A stretch of DNA of 63,545 nt, the filler included, from Diploschistes diacapsis (Eukaryota), in assembly GCA_023645945.1 (NCBI GenBank). It is 5 parts of 5 records of this genome, joined end to end, with 100 filler letters (N's around TTAATTAATTAA, not from the genome) between each part and the next. Parts side by side here need not be neighbours in the genome. Positions count along the whole stretch, not along the records: positions 38,227 to 50,848 come from JALAIB010000721.1; positions 50,949 to 63,545 come from JALAIB010000722.1; 3 more parts are not named here. One strand, written 5' to 3'. The translations under genes and the position numbers were made by a program. The number at the start of each line of letters is the position of its first letter. Position 1 is the first letter of the stretch. Under the pieces are notes generated by a model. The model saw only the letters and a program-made list of their open reading frames with translations. It was not told where the DNA came from and did not search any database. Below, one piece after another: positions 38,999 through 51,057 of the stretch.

Positions 38999-40040
38999 CA
39001 AATATAACCTGGAAGTTGAAGAGCGTGTTTCGGCATTGGTTGAGATTTGTTCACAGGTATTGCTTTGCGCATTCTTAGCTCTAAGGAAAAGCTTGATTAG
39101 CGACTCTGCTTGCATTATAACACTAAGCGCCCTAGTAACTTCTAATGAATGAAGGGCATCTTTCTCCAAAGGATTCGACTGTACCACCCTGCACAATCCG
39201 TTTGGGCTTTGATGTTATTTCTGATCGACGATGCTTCATGTTTATAAGCGATGATCCTTGGTCATTGCTTCGGCATCCATCTTCTGGCTCCTCCATGTTT
39301 CCCGAGAAATGTTCGAGATCCCATTCTCTCACGATCAATCACTGTGTGGTATGTGCAAGTCGAGTACCTTGCTGTGCGGTCGTGACATTGTGCTTGTATG
39401 CAGCAATGCAAAAATAAAATCTATGGGGGTTGAGGGAAGTCCGCAATATAAGGTCCTAAGCGAAAATCATTCGGCAGCTGCTAAGTTTCCGGTGTGTAAG
39501 TTTTTGGGATTCAAAGATGCTGATCAGAGAGCAACCTCTAAGCACTACCTTGAATCTTAAGCTGTCGTGGTCAGCATCAAGAGATGTTGTTGTAGATGGG
39601 ATAGGCACGAGGTAGAGGTGAAGGTGGGACAGAATGGCCTGGCACCCATCTGGGACTAGTCGCAATCCTCGGGTAATCGAATCTGATGCCTTGAAAGGAG
39701 AGCAACATATTTGATCGCTATATGACAACCAACTGGCTTTTTAGAGATCTTAATTGCAATCTTGCTATCTTATCTTCCATTCCTGATCAGAGATCCTTGC
39801 ATACACTCTCAAAAAAATCGATACTTCCAGTAAGGCATATCGAACGCATATTGCAGGGACGTAAGATCCAAGTCTGCCTTACTATATGTTCGTGCATACG
39901 GCCCCTATTCGTTGAAACCGAATATCTACTAATACCTTGTGCTAGTCCCGATGTTTCGGTAATTTCGATGACAGTTCAATGTGCTCTTTCAAAGTTTTGG
40001 TAACTTGGGGTCAGAACACTGCTATATACAGCAGGTCAAG

Positions 40041-43000
40041 ATGACATCTATATCAGGGCCTCCTTCCACAATGGGGTCCGGTGTGCACACAGATCTGAGT
40101 GAGGATCGACGTTTGGCACAGCTCAAGCGGATAGAGGAACTCAGAACCAAGATTGGCAGTATACCGCAACTCAAACAGGGGCAATCAAGTACTGCTTCCT
40201 GTTCAAGCGGCAGCTTCAGTGGGCTGGCATCACCTTGCTCAAGCTCTAACTCTTCCCATGCTGGCTTTGCGAAAATACCTAGCAGTGAGATTGCCTTAGG
40301 TCCTGAATATAGCTCATCAAATTCTTTCAGGCAAGATGACACTACCGAGCTTCGCACCGTCGATTGGGCAACGGACCAAAACCAGAGAGGTAGCCTGGAC
40401 TCTGCTACAAGTACCCCCCAGCTTTCTTCGGTACCTGATGTAGCAAATGATGTGGAAATATCAGATGAAACGACAGGTTCTCAACGTATAGGAAGCACTT
40501 CATCGAAAAGATCTCCCAATTCGTCAAACACGTCCACAGAGATCCCGAATGTTAAGATCAAACAAGAAGACGATTACTTCACGCAGCTGGACAGCCAGGT
40601 CGATAACATTGTTGCTCAACCTTCCAATGTTTCTGGCCTTACCCCCGTCGAATCGGCCATGCCAGCAACTCTCACCATTGTCAAAGATTCCAACCAAAAT
40701 TCTGCTAAAAGAAGGAAGATTGTGACAGAGCAAGCATCCTTATTCAGCAATTTCAAACCTAAGACTTCGATTCCTTCCAAACTTCCGCATGGAGAGCTAG
40801 CACGGCAAAGCGTAGAAGCTGCTTTGGCTTCTCGCCTGAACCCGTTCGTTCTGCATCCTGAAGAATACCAAATATTACGGCAACACATCTGTCACCTTCA
40901 TGTCTCAGCGTACATAAATATACGAAATCGAATTCTCCGTTTGTGGGTTCGAAACCCTCTGGTGACTGTGACTCCAGAGGAAGCAGCAGGTTGTGCCTAT
41001 AGCTCAAAATGGCTGGGACTTGCGGAAGTAGCCTACGAGTGGCTAGTCAGAAGAGGTTATATCAACTTCGGTTGCGTCCAAGTTCCGGATCTGTCAGACC
41101 TCAAAGTTAGGAAGCACAGACATAAGACCGCAAGAAGAACCATCGTTGTGGTTGGTGCTGGGATGTCTGGCCTCGGATGTGCGAGACAGCTCGAGGGGCT
41201 CTTTAGTCATTATCGTGAGGCATGGACAGTGGCAGGAGAAGATACACCTCAGATAATTGTTCTTGAAGGTAGATCCAGAGTTGGTGGCCGCATATACTCC
41301 CACCCTTTACAAAATCAGGCTTCAAAAGGCATCCCAAAGCATCTGAGGTGCACGGCAGAAATGGGTGCTCATATTATCACTGGCTTCAACCACGGTAATC
41401 CATTGAATATGATTATCCGGGGGCAGCTTGCCCTTCATTACCATCCGCTCAAGGACAACTCGAGCCTTTTCGACGTGGATGGCAGGATAGTCAATCGTGA
41501 TAGAGACCTAAAGGTGGAAGAGCTATTCAACGACATACTTGATCGATCAAGTCTCTACAGGCACAAATTGCAGAACCCAGCCACGGTTGAAGGCGATCGC
41601 GAGCTCATCGAAAACGCACGTGATCCCAGCGGTGACGCTGGTAAACCCATCAGTGTCGTGGAGGAAGAGGAAAATGCGCTAGTAAACAAGCCTGCTACGT
41701 TGAGCGAACAGGGCTTGATGCAGGTCCCGGCCGGCCTCGACAAACTTACCGGCAAGGCTCACGTCATTGCTGGGTCTCGTGAGAAAGTGCCTTCGACACA
41801 AGCAGTTCAAGCAATGGGCTGGCAGCTTCGTAACGGAGCCGAGCCAAATGACTTGGACCTTGGTCACGTAGTGGAAACCCATGCGCACCCGACGCTGGGA
41901 GTAATCATGGACCATGGTGTTCAGCAATACCAGAGTCTCTTGGAGCTCTCCGCACAGGATCTACGGTTGCTTAATTGGCATTTTGCCAACCTGGAATATG
42001 CCAACGCCGCGAATCTTAATAAACTAAGTCTAGGTGCTTGGGATCAGGACCTTGGTAATGAGTTTGAAGGCGAGCACTCCCAAGTCATCGGTGGCTACAC
42101 TCAAGTACCTCGAGGTATCCTTGAGTACCCGCATCAACTCGATGTTCGAACACGAAAGACAGTTACACGTATCGAATACGACGCGGCTAGCTCCGGAGAG
42201 GTGGCAAAGGTCATTTGCGATTCTGGCGAAGTTCTTGAAGCCGACCATGTGGTTATTACAGCGCCCCTGGGCGTACTTAAAAAGCAATCAATCGACTTCG
42301 AGCCACGACTCCCTGAATCAAAAGCAAAATCTATAGAGCGCCTAGGTTTCGGGTTGCTAAACAAGGTCGTATTAGTCTATGACAAGCCATTTTGGGATGT
42401 TGATCAAGACATGATAGGTCTTCTACGGGATACCAATCAGCCAGGTAGCTTGGACCACGGTGATTACTCTACAAATCGGGGTCGGTTCTATCTATTTTGG
42501 AATTGCGTCAAGACCAGCGGTCGTCCGGTTCTCATCAGTCTCATGGCCGGCGACGCTGCTTTTCAGGCTGAAAGCCTCAGCGATGGGCAAATCGTTTGGG
42601 AGGTCACTCAGCAGCTTGCTAACATGTATAAGAATAAGGCAGTCCCGCTTCCCTCAGAAGCTATAGTCACGCGATGGGGTCGAGATAAGTTTGCTTACGG
42701 TACCTACTCGTATGTCGGACCAGAAGCACGTGCAGAAGATTATGACTGCATGGCTCAACGTCTTGGCAATCTGCACTTTGCAGGCGAGGCGACTTGCCGG
42801 ACGCATCCAGCCACTGTCCATGGTGCCTACATATCCGGACTGAGAGCTGCTTCGGAGATCATTGACGACTTGCTCGGCCCCATAGCTATTCCTCAGCCTC
42901 TTGTGCCAGAAATTATCAAGCTTGACCAAAAAACGCCTGCCACTACGGTGTCCAGAACTCCGCAAAAGGTCGAAGCTGGGGATGTCCTAGCAAATGGAGA

Positions 43001-43532
43001 AACGGCAGCACAGAAGCAAGCAAGACTCGAAGCCTTCGAATCTGAGATCCTAAAAGCCATCTTCGCTAAGCTCGGGCTTCGACCGGACAAGCCTGGCAAG
43101 CAAGGCGCTAACCCTTTTCTACTTTACTCCAAGGAGAAATGGGGGGAATGTAAGGAAAGGTGCGATGGCATCCGCCGAGCTGTGACTGGTAACGGCCAAG
43201 CAAAAGCAACAAGGAACGATATCAGAGCGGTGCTTGGGAAGATGTGGCGCGAAGCGCCCGAGGAAGTCAAGAAGCCATATATCGACAGGACTGTCACGAA
43301 CCGGGCCACGAACCATGAAAACGCGTCTACGTTCCAAGACAGGCTCAACGAGTGGGACGCCGAAGCAATGAGCATCAGGCGGGAATATGTGAAGAGCCAT
43401 CCGGCCGTGCTGTCCCGACAGGAGGAGCAGGATATGTGGCAGGCGCTCGGGGTGTATGCTGGGATGGACAGGAAGGCGAAGAAGATGTCTGGATATGCGG
43501 ACGCTTCCGACGACGACATGAACAAGGACTGA
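40041..43532 (+). CDS. LSD1-like histone demethylase (SWIRM + FAD amine oxidase + HMG box)
   Basis: SWIRM YINIRNRILRLW...RRGYINFG, FAD motif VVGAGMSGL, LEGRSRVGGRI, FAGEATCRTHPATVHGAYISG, and an HMG-like C-terminus NPFLLYSKE...LGKMWREAPEEVKKPY. Confidence 0.93.
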   Translation: MTSISGPPSTMGSGVHTDLSEDRRLAQLKRIEELRTKIGSIPQLKQGQSSTASCSSGSFSGLASPCSSSNSSHAGFAKIPSSEIALGPEYSSSNSFRQDDTTELRTVDWATDQNQRGSLDSATSTPQLSSVPDVANDVEISDETTGSQRIGSTSSKRSPNSSNTSTEIPNVKIKQEDDYFTQLDSQVDNIVAQPSNVSGLTPVESAMPATLTIVKDSNQNSAKRRKIVTEQASLFSNFKPKTSIPSKLPHGELARQSVEAALASRLNPFVLHPEEYQILRQHICHLHVSAYINIRNRILRLWVRNPLVTVTPEEAAGCAYSSKWLGLAEVAYEWLVRRGYINFGCVQVPDLSDLKVRKHRHKTARRTIVVVGAGMSGLGCARQLEGLFSHYREAWTVAGEDTPQIIVLEGRSRVGGRIYSHPLQNQASKGIPKHLRCTAEMGAHIITGFNHGNPLNMIIRGQLALHYHPLKDNSSLFDVDGRIVNRDRDLKVEELFNDILDRSSLYRHKLQNPATVEGDRELIENARDPSGDAGKPISVVEEEENALVNKPATLSEQGLMQVPAGLDKLTGKAHVIAGSREKVPSTQAVQAMGWQLRNGAEPNDLDLGHVVETHAHPTLGVIMDHGVQQYQSLLELSAQDLRLLNWHFANLEYANAANLNKLSLGAWDQDLGNEFEGEHSQVIGGYTQVPRGILEYPHQLDVRTRKTVTRIEYDAASSGEVAKVICDSGEVLEADHVVITAPLGVLKKQSIDFEPRLPESKAKSIERLGFGLLNKVVLVYDKPFWDVDQDMIGLLRDTNQPGSLDHGDYSTNRGRFYLFWNCVKTSGRPVLISLMAGDAAFQAESLSDGQIVWEVTQQLANMYKNKAVPLPSEAIVTRWGRDKFAYGTYSYVGPEARAEDYDCMAQRLGNLHFAGEATCRTHPATVHGAYISGLRAASEIIDDLLGPIAIPQPLVPEIIKLDQKTPATTVSRTPQKVEAGDVLANGETAAQKQARLEAFESEILKAIFAKLGLRPDKPGKQGANPFLLYSKEKWGECKERCDGIRRAVTGNGQAKATRNDIRAVLGKMWREAPEEVKKPYIDRTVTNRATNHENASTFQDRLNEWDAEAMSIRREYVKSHPAVLSRQEEQDMWQALGVYAGMDRKAKKMSGYADASDDDMNKD

Positions 43533-44383
43533 GGTCACACGCATGTGGGCGCTTTGGTTTTTATGCTTTACGCGGCACAGGGTGGTACGGCCGGCTGCAT
43601 AGGGAAGTGCTGCGCACTTTGAATCTCGGCGCCGCCAGTGCAGAATAAAATTCTATAGCAATCCAGACAGGTTTTCGGCAATTTAGGAGATGTCGCTATG
43701 TATCTTATAGGTACGATACAATGTCGAGCTAGTCATAGTTTAGGACGGATGAATTGGTGCATGTACATCCGTACGGGCCCAAGTGGAAAGATAGGGTGGG
43801 TGAGTTGGGTGTGTGAGTGGATTCGGCATTTACTTTCTTTGGTTCAAAGTTGATTCTTGGTGCGTGTCTTTGGTATCTAGGTATGCCTGCTCCAACATAG
43901 CCACCGATGATGGTCACAAAGAATACAACCTCCATCGTCATCCGTCCAACTATTAGTTCGCCTCACACAACTTGATGCACCGGCATCTGTCTTTTGGCCT
44001 TCGACCTTGGAAAAGGGAAGGAGGGCGTGCTAACGGTTGGACGACGCGGGAAGAAGCTGTATAGATAAGATGATGCTTGGGGCAAGGGGTGCTTGGTCTT
44101 TGACTACCGGGAGGTTGGTAAAGCTGCTGCCATGAACCCATAAAGTGGGGGGGGCCACTATCCTCCCTTGCTCAGGCTATGTTCAAGATGAATTTGCCAT
44201 GTGCTTTTCTTTAGTTTACGAATGGGGACGGACGAATGGGGATGGGAGAATGGGAAGGCTTGATTGACCCTGGAGGCTAATGCGGTTTATTGCCACGAGG
44301 CAGCACGATGCCTGCCTCGAGATTTGTTTCTTCGAAATACATTATAACATGCTAGAAACAGCTGCCTCTTTCGTGCCTTCAAG

Positions 44384-44406
44384 TCTATCTATCTATCTAT
44401 CTATCT
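44384..44406. repeat. (TCTA)n microsatellite upstream of creB
   Basis: About 5-6 copies, read directly. Confidence 0.85.
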
Positions 44407-44984
44407 GTTGCCGATCTATCTTCCAGCCAGCCTTGCGCCAAGTCCTTTCTTATCCCAACCACACAGATCACGTAAAAGTTCCCATAACCAACATGATCAA
44501 AAATTCGGACTGCCACTTTGTACCGTCGCACCGCTGCAACACACCTCGCTAACACTATTTAATACTACGATTTAAAAAGATTTCAAGAATAATGGTTTGG
44601 CCAAGGACATCCTACTGTCTGTGTGGAACTATTCCTGGACCTTTCGTGTCTTTATCAAATGCCTTGTACTCTAATCCGCTCTCCCCCTATCCACCAGCAC
44701 CTCAGGTAGTTGGTACAATCTCGCGCCGTCAAACGCCACGCATCCACTACTTCCACTGCAACCATAACTCTTCTAGACGCTCTTTCCGCCCAGCCTTGAG
44801 CCTAACTGTTGATCCTTCCTTCCCTTACTTACCACCAAGGCGACATTGTCTCGATCTTGCCAACGCCCGAACACCCTCGTATCAGATAAGCGGATACGCG
44901 AAGCTGGATCCTGTCGTCCATCGCCTGCGCTTTGCGCCAACGGCCCTTTCCCGGCCATAAACTGCAGTTCGGACGCCTGGGACC

Positions 44985-47650
44985 ATGTCTTCGCTCTTGA
45001 AAGGCCTCAAGCTCTCCAAAGGCACGGTACGTTTGCCCGGACTTGCGGGTGGAAGCCTCCCATCTGCAGCTTTCCTCGCTGCGCGCATATTTTGCCCTCT
45101 GCCTGACGAATACTGACGGCTTGCGCGAACATAGAGCGGTAACCATGCACCCGCTGCTTCGGCGAATAAGAGAGATGCCGCCCAGCCGCAGCTCACGCCT
45201 CTCGAGAAGCTGCTGCAGGATGCGGGGCCGGTGCAGGACGATGGGAACGACAAGTTCTTTGGCTTGGAGAATGTGCGTACTCCGAGCTTTTGTACGCGCA
45301 TACCGCTGACTGGGATCGTAGTTTGGAAATACATGGTATGCGAGAACTGCCCCGGAACGATGACGCGTAGCTCAACCAGAATAGCTACGCCAACTCGATA
45401 CTGCAATGCCTCTACTACTCAACTCCATTTCGGGAGCAGGTCATGACTTATCCCAAACGGTCACCGATAGAGACTGTTGCCACGGGCCCGGACGGTCAAC
45501 CTCGCTTGAAAGTCAGGCCTCCCGTGAGTATCGAATCGCTGATGCCGAAACCGAAGCCCGGAACCACCGCTTCGCGACCCGGAGCGGCAGGTCAGGGACA
45601 GAAGGAAGAAAAGGATTCGCAAGAATTCAAGAAGAAGCAGTTACTGGCCAAGGGACCAGTGTACAACATGGATTACGATAATGCCACGACTTACGACATG
45701 CCAGAATCACTCTTTACTTCCCTAAAGGATCTGTTCGAAGCCATCGTTGCGAGCCAGGCACGGATGGGTATAATAAGTCCACAAAAGCTGATAGAAGTTT
45801 TGAAGAGGGATAATGAGATGTTTCGGGGCAATGTGCATCAGGATGCTCACGAGTTTCTGAACATGCTTCTCAATCAGGTCGTTGACACGGTAGAGGAGAA
45901 CGCCAAAAGAATGGCGGTGGTTCGCAAAGCTGGCTCCGCCCACGATGCGAGCCTGGACGCCGCTCTTGAGGCTGTTGCTGCTCATGCGGGAGGCACAAAG
46001 GTTTCGGACGATATACGATGGGTGCATGAATTGTTTCAGGGAACACTTACTTCCGAGACGAAATGCTTGACGTGCGAAAATGTGTCGCAGAGGGACGAGC
46101 CCTTCTTGGACCTATCGGTGGACCTGGAAGCTCATTCGTCGGTCACATCATGCTTACGGAAGTTCTCACAGGAAGAGATGCTGCAGGAACGAGACAAGTT
46201 TTTTTGTGATAATTGTGGAGGGCTTCAAGAGGCGGAGAAGCGGATGAAGGTCAAGAGGTCGCCAAAGATTCTCGCACTTCACCTCAAGCGCTTCAGGTAC
46301 ACCGAGGATCTGCAGCGGCTACAGAAGCTGTTCCATCGAGTCGTCTACCCGTACCACCTGCGCCTGTTCAACACAACAAACGATGCCGAAGACCCGGACC
46401 GCTTGTACGAGCTGTACGCCGTGGTTGTGCACATCGGAGTCGGGCCATATCACGGGCACTACATATCGATCATCAAGACACCAGACCGGGGCTGGTTGCT
46501 GTTCGACGACGAACTTGTCGAACCCGTCGACAAGGCCTTCGTGCTCAATTTCTTTGGCGACCAAGCAAGTCTAGCCTGTGCCTATGTGCTCTTCTATCGA
46601 GAGACTACGCTCGAGGCAATCAGAGCAGAACAGGAAGCCGAAGGGCGCGCTGCGATAGCCAAATACGCTGCTTTGGCTCTTCCTCCCAAGGAGAAGGAGA
46701 CGCACAGCTTCGGCCTGGGGCTGACGTTGAAGACTAACGGCGTTGGGAATTCGCAACCAGCCGCAACTGCTTCCAGCCCCGATGACGAGACCTCAGCGGC
46801 CCCGGCTCTGGCATCTCTCGAGCACGTCGCGACCGCGCCCCCAACGACGGCGTCTCCTCTTTCTCCTCAAGGCCAACCAACCGCATTCGCCGCTCCTCTT
46901 ATGCAATCGCAAACGTACGCCACGCAATCCACGCATAACCCCAGAGCTTCGATGCAGTCTCCCAAGTCCAGCACGCCACTGTCCAGAAAGGAGCGCGCCA
47001 GAGAAGAGAAAGAGCGAAAAGCTGAAGAGAAGGAAAGGGAAAAGGAGCGCAAGGCAGCAGAAAAGGAAACGGCTAAGCAAGCCAAAGCCGCCAAAAAGGA
47101 GGAAGATGCAAGGCAGAAGCAAGCGATGAAGACTCAAGTCGCGGAGATCAGAGCGGCGATGGACAAGAAGGGCACTATGCCAACCGACTCCTCGCCAACA
47201 AAGGCCGAGCTGCAGACTTCGCAATTCGGAATCGGTACACCAAACGGCACCTCTGACCCCGTCTCTCCGATTACCGCCTCAACTCTGGTCGCTAGCCCCT
47301 CCTTGGCAGCTACAAGCATTGCTACAAGCGCCGCCGGCTCCCCGGTTCCGCATGTCAACGGCCATTCCCATAGTTCCTCGCACGGCGGCGGAGCGTTTAG
47401 CAGGTTCAGGCAGAGCAGCAAGAGCCTAAAGGCGAAACCAAAGTTCTGGAGCGGCAGTGGGTCATCGTCCACGACCCCGGCGGCTGCTTCTCCCGCCGCT
47501 GGGGGGAAGGACGATAGCGCGGTAGATGACTCGGAGGAGAGGGACAGCAAGGAAGAGGCCAAGGGGATGGAGAAGCCCGAGGGAAAGGAGAACACGCGGA
47601 AGCAGAGCCGATTCAGCCTGAGGAGGAAGGGGAGCGGGATGTGGAGTTGA
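44985..47650 (+). CDS. creB: Ubiquitin-specific protease, CreB/Ubp9/Ubp13 type
   Basis: Cys box [22 protein letters not shown] assembled over three exons; HQDAHEFLN; His box [22 protein letters not shown]...WLLFDDE. Confidence 0.9.
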
Positions 47651-49139
47651 TGGAAGCGGCGAGTCGCGCGCATTTCCGTCACGATCATTCATCTCGCCAG
47701 GTAAAGGCGGCGGGGGGTCCCACACATACGCTTCGCAAGGGCGCTCGGTCTCGCAGTTTGAAGGAGGGAGGTGCCGGGAAATACCGAGCACTGAGATTTA
47801 TCAAGCCTTGCGTGGCCAAAGCCGCGGGCTTACGAAGAAGGACCGCCGCGAGGCTTTCGTAGTGGCAAGTAACAGAAGGATGGGTTCCTCGAACCTTGTA
47901 CGGATGGCATTCCGCTGCCGTCGGCCCCGAAATCTTCCGAGATGGGATACACGGAGAGCCGAATGGGTGAGCCCATGGGGGAGGAGAGAAGGGCTGAAGC
48001 CTGGGCTGGGGGCTGGAGCTGGGGACTGGGGGGCTCTTGATGTATGATATACCGCCTCTACGCCAGCGAAGCCCCGACACGGCGGCGGGCTAGTTTTACT
48101 CCGCACGCACATCACCCCGCTCCAAGGGGGGCATGGATGGGATGGGGGGCTTTGGGAACAGGGCTGCCAATGAGGATACGGTATCTGGTATCCGAGCGGT
48201 TTGGGAAAGAAGGATGGACTGGATCGGAACGGGGGGGGATCGGACATTTGCTTGTCCTGGTTGTGTTTGGATATACCCAGCAGATCCCGCGCCAAGCGAT
48301 GAAGCATCACGTGGTGGGCAACGTATGAGATGGATATAATAGTGTGTATCATGTAGTGCCAATACGAAGAGCGTTGTTTGCACACGGTGGGTAGGTATCG
48401 TTGTTGGGAGAAAAAACTTCCAAGGCTCATGTTATGTATAAGATACGTGGGAATCGAACGTTCATTTGCTCAATGGAGCAGGTGAAGAACTTGCCCAAGA
48501 CTCTTCGCGCTGAGGCGGGCGCGCCCTGTGCACCCATTCACCCACTCCTGCCCCCCTGCCATTATCTTGTCCTTCAGAGCTTCAAGCCATGAGCACTTGT
48601 ACTTTTCTCGGGTTTCGACCACAGGAGCCATTTAGGCACATGGACGGGTCTTGTTTTTACTCCCTTGTCCAAATGTGCTTCGAAATCAAGACAGCAAGCA
48701 GCGAGCGGCTCTCTTCCCAGCGTTCATACCCTCTGCTATCTGCCATACTGGTTGCACCCCCACCCCTCTCCTCTCTCTTTCCCATCCGTTTCACCAAAGT
48801 GACGCACATACACTTCCTTTTGCTCTAGGTGATATAACTGCACATGCCCGAATAAATGGTCCCCTTGCCGCTATTTCGGGGCACAGCATGGCGTGCCTGG
48901 CCAGTACCGAGACCGAAAATCTGACGGGCGTTGCGGGCCTTGTAGGCTAAAACGCAGCGCCTCGTAGTCGTTTCCCCAAGCAATAACCTGCATAGCTGAC
49001 CAAGGGGGGGGGGCCTCGGGAGATAAGGCTCCTTTTTTTCCCGCCCACGGCTTGTAAAAGATTTCGGGACTTCAAGCGTTCGTCGCTGACTCGCGCGGTC
49101 GGATGGCCCTGCACCCTGGAAGCTAACCTGTGCTAGCTT

Positions 49140-49817
49140 CTAACCGAGCAGTAGCTCGTAGACGATGATAAACGTATTGACGAAGATAAGCGGTACTGCA
49201 TTCAACGGATCAGCCATGGAGCCTCTGGTGCGTGCCCGCCGTTGCGTCTCGAGTGGAGCTGCAGCCGGGCTGCGGCTGAGTGGTGGACGGAGAAGGGAAG
49301 GGGATGAAAAAGGGGAGGTACTTCGCATGAGCGTGCGGACACTGGCGATGAGGTTGACGATCTTGGCCTTGACGGACTGCGCGTCCTGCTGCCCGCCGAA
49401 ACCGGGGGATTGGGGAACGGAGCCCCAGCCGACTGTTGGTCACATGCGGTCAGCAAATGTCGTCTCTTTGGTGCTTCGGAGCTTCTAAGGGGAAGTCGAT
49501 TCTTGTTTTCGGTGCGGGGTGATGGAAGCGGCTGTGTAGAGGAAGATGGTTGGGCAGGGTAGATAAGGCGTAGGATGAGGGCGCAGGAAGGGAGAAGCGA
49601 CAAGCCCGTCAGGGAAGGGGAGGGAAGGCGTACTTCTTGCGAGGAAGCGGTCTTCGCTCAGGACGGCGACGGCGTTGACTAGCAGGATTGACACTGTCTC
49701 GCGTGTCAGTCCGGAGCAACTTCTTAGGTTTTTCCTAAGGAGCTACGTGGCCAGCTAGTTAAACGAGAGAGGATAAGAGAGCTTACCGTAGAAGAGACCT
49801 CCGAGACCGAAAAACAT
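49140..49817 (-). CDS. YOS1: Yos1 ER-Golgi transport protein, 3 introns
   Basis: MFFGLGGLFY/VSILLVNAVAVLSEDRFLAR/...SVKAKIVNLIASVRTLMR/IPLIFVNTFIIVYELLLG*. Confidence 0.93.
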
Positions 49818-50149
49818 GCTGGCGGGTACGGGTATCAAAAGTGGTTTGCAGGTATGAAATTTCAAGACAGCAAAGCTTGTTCGTTTGCTTCGGGTATTTC
49901 CTGGCACCTTAGGGCCGAGTTCTGAGGAACGGGCCGGTATCAATATTTGAAGAGTTTAAACGTCTTTAATACCAGGATCCAGTAGCTGTTTAAATAACCA
50001 TGTACGTATTTCATGTCTCAATCCTATAAAGTTTATATATGGGTGGTGCTCCTGAGATAAACTTCAAATCTATAATCTGACTAACGTGCATCAAAGGGCA
50101 AGTGCTATTCTGCCTACTGTACACATAAATTATAAGATGAGTACCATGG

Positions 50150-50764
50150 TTCTACAGATACTTTTTCAATCACTTAAATTTATTTACAGCCATAAGTACT
50201 TATAAAATCATTTCCCTTTTTAATTATATTTATTTACTTTTTGCGCGATTTATATACTTTTTTTATTATTTTTAATCTTATTTTTTTAATTATTTTTTTA
50301 ATTATTTTTTAAATATAATAAATACTTTCTTATTTATTCGCCCTACGTTTTTTATCGCCGATACGGTCACGTTTAACGTAATCGCCGATACCGATAACGA
50401 CGACGAACTAGATCTTAAAAACCGTATACTTTACGATATTTTCGCCGCTACCTTAAGCCGTAAAAATGTCGTTTCTTCTTCCGTTCCTTTTTCCGTTCCT
50501 TTCATCGCCCTTACCTCGCTTATCCTCGTCGCGCTCGCCGCGTCCGCCGCGTTCGTTCGCCCTCGCCTCCCTTTACCGCCGCTATTTATTACGGAAAGGT
50601 TTTATAACTTCTTTACGAATCTCCCGACGTAGAAAACGCGTTTTTTTACCGTCGCGGATATTTTTCGAATGATTATAACGGATTTTAACGCGTTTTAATT
50701 ATACGTGAATAATTTTTAAACGTTTAATAAAACGTTTAAAAATATTACATAATATCGTTATTAT
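50150..50764. mobile_element. AT-rich, RIP-degraded repeat relic, family not assignable
   Basis: Sharp rise in AT. By eye CpA/TpG are scarce while TpA and CpG are common. Confidence 0.65.
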
Positions 50765-50848
50765 TAGGCTGGCCGTCACTGACACTGACACGGCCGTGTC
50801 AGTGATACGGATACTGATAGTGTCAGTGTCCGTGTTTTAGATTTTTTA
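50765..50848. mobile_element. Probable DNA-transposon terminus with palindromic sub-terminal repeats
   Basis: TAGGCTGG start, repeated CACTGA/TCAGTG motifs and a perfect 22-bp palindrome CACTGACACGGCCGTGTCAGTG at 50783-50804. Confidence 0.5.
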
Positions 50849-50948
50849 NNNNNNNNNNNNNNNNNNNNNNNNNNNNNNNNNNNNNNNNNNNNTTAATTAA
50901 TTAANNNNNNNNNNNNNNNNNNNNNNNNNNNNNNNNNNNNNNNNNNNN
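50849..50948. other. Artificial contig linker
   Basis: N-run, TTAATTAATTAA, N-run. Confidence 0.98.
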
Positions 50949-51057
50949 ATAATTCCAGAATTATAGGCGTAGAAAATTAATACGAAAGTTAAAAGTTCAT
51001 AAAATCTAATAAAGGACGTCCGTTCGCTATGAGTGTCCGCTCGCTATACATATACGT
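50949..51057. mobile_element. End of a pogo/Fot1-type (Tc1-mariner superfamily) DNA transposon
   Basis: Ends in ACGT (51054-51057) followed by TA. Two 13-bp direct repeats GTCCG(T/C)TCGCTAT at 51018 and 51035 match the usual layout of fungal pogo-type TIRs. Confidence 0.7.

Noticed and set aside
47650..49140. Many short overlapping ORFs between creB and YOS1
   Set aside because: No motifs; consistent with GC-rich UTR or intergenic sequence.
50400..50600. Arg/Gly-rich stretch resembling a gag zinc-knuckle region
   Set aside because: Too degraded to read a CCHC motif without over-interpretation.
12661..50948. Four identical TTAATTAATTAA motifs at about 12.7-kb spacing
   Set aside because: Each is embedded in N-runs and separates contigs of steadily decreasing length. 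These are assembly linkers, not a biological repeat or CRISPR array.
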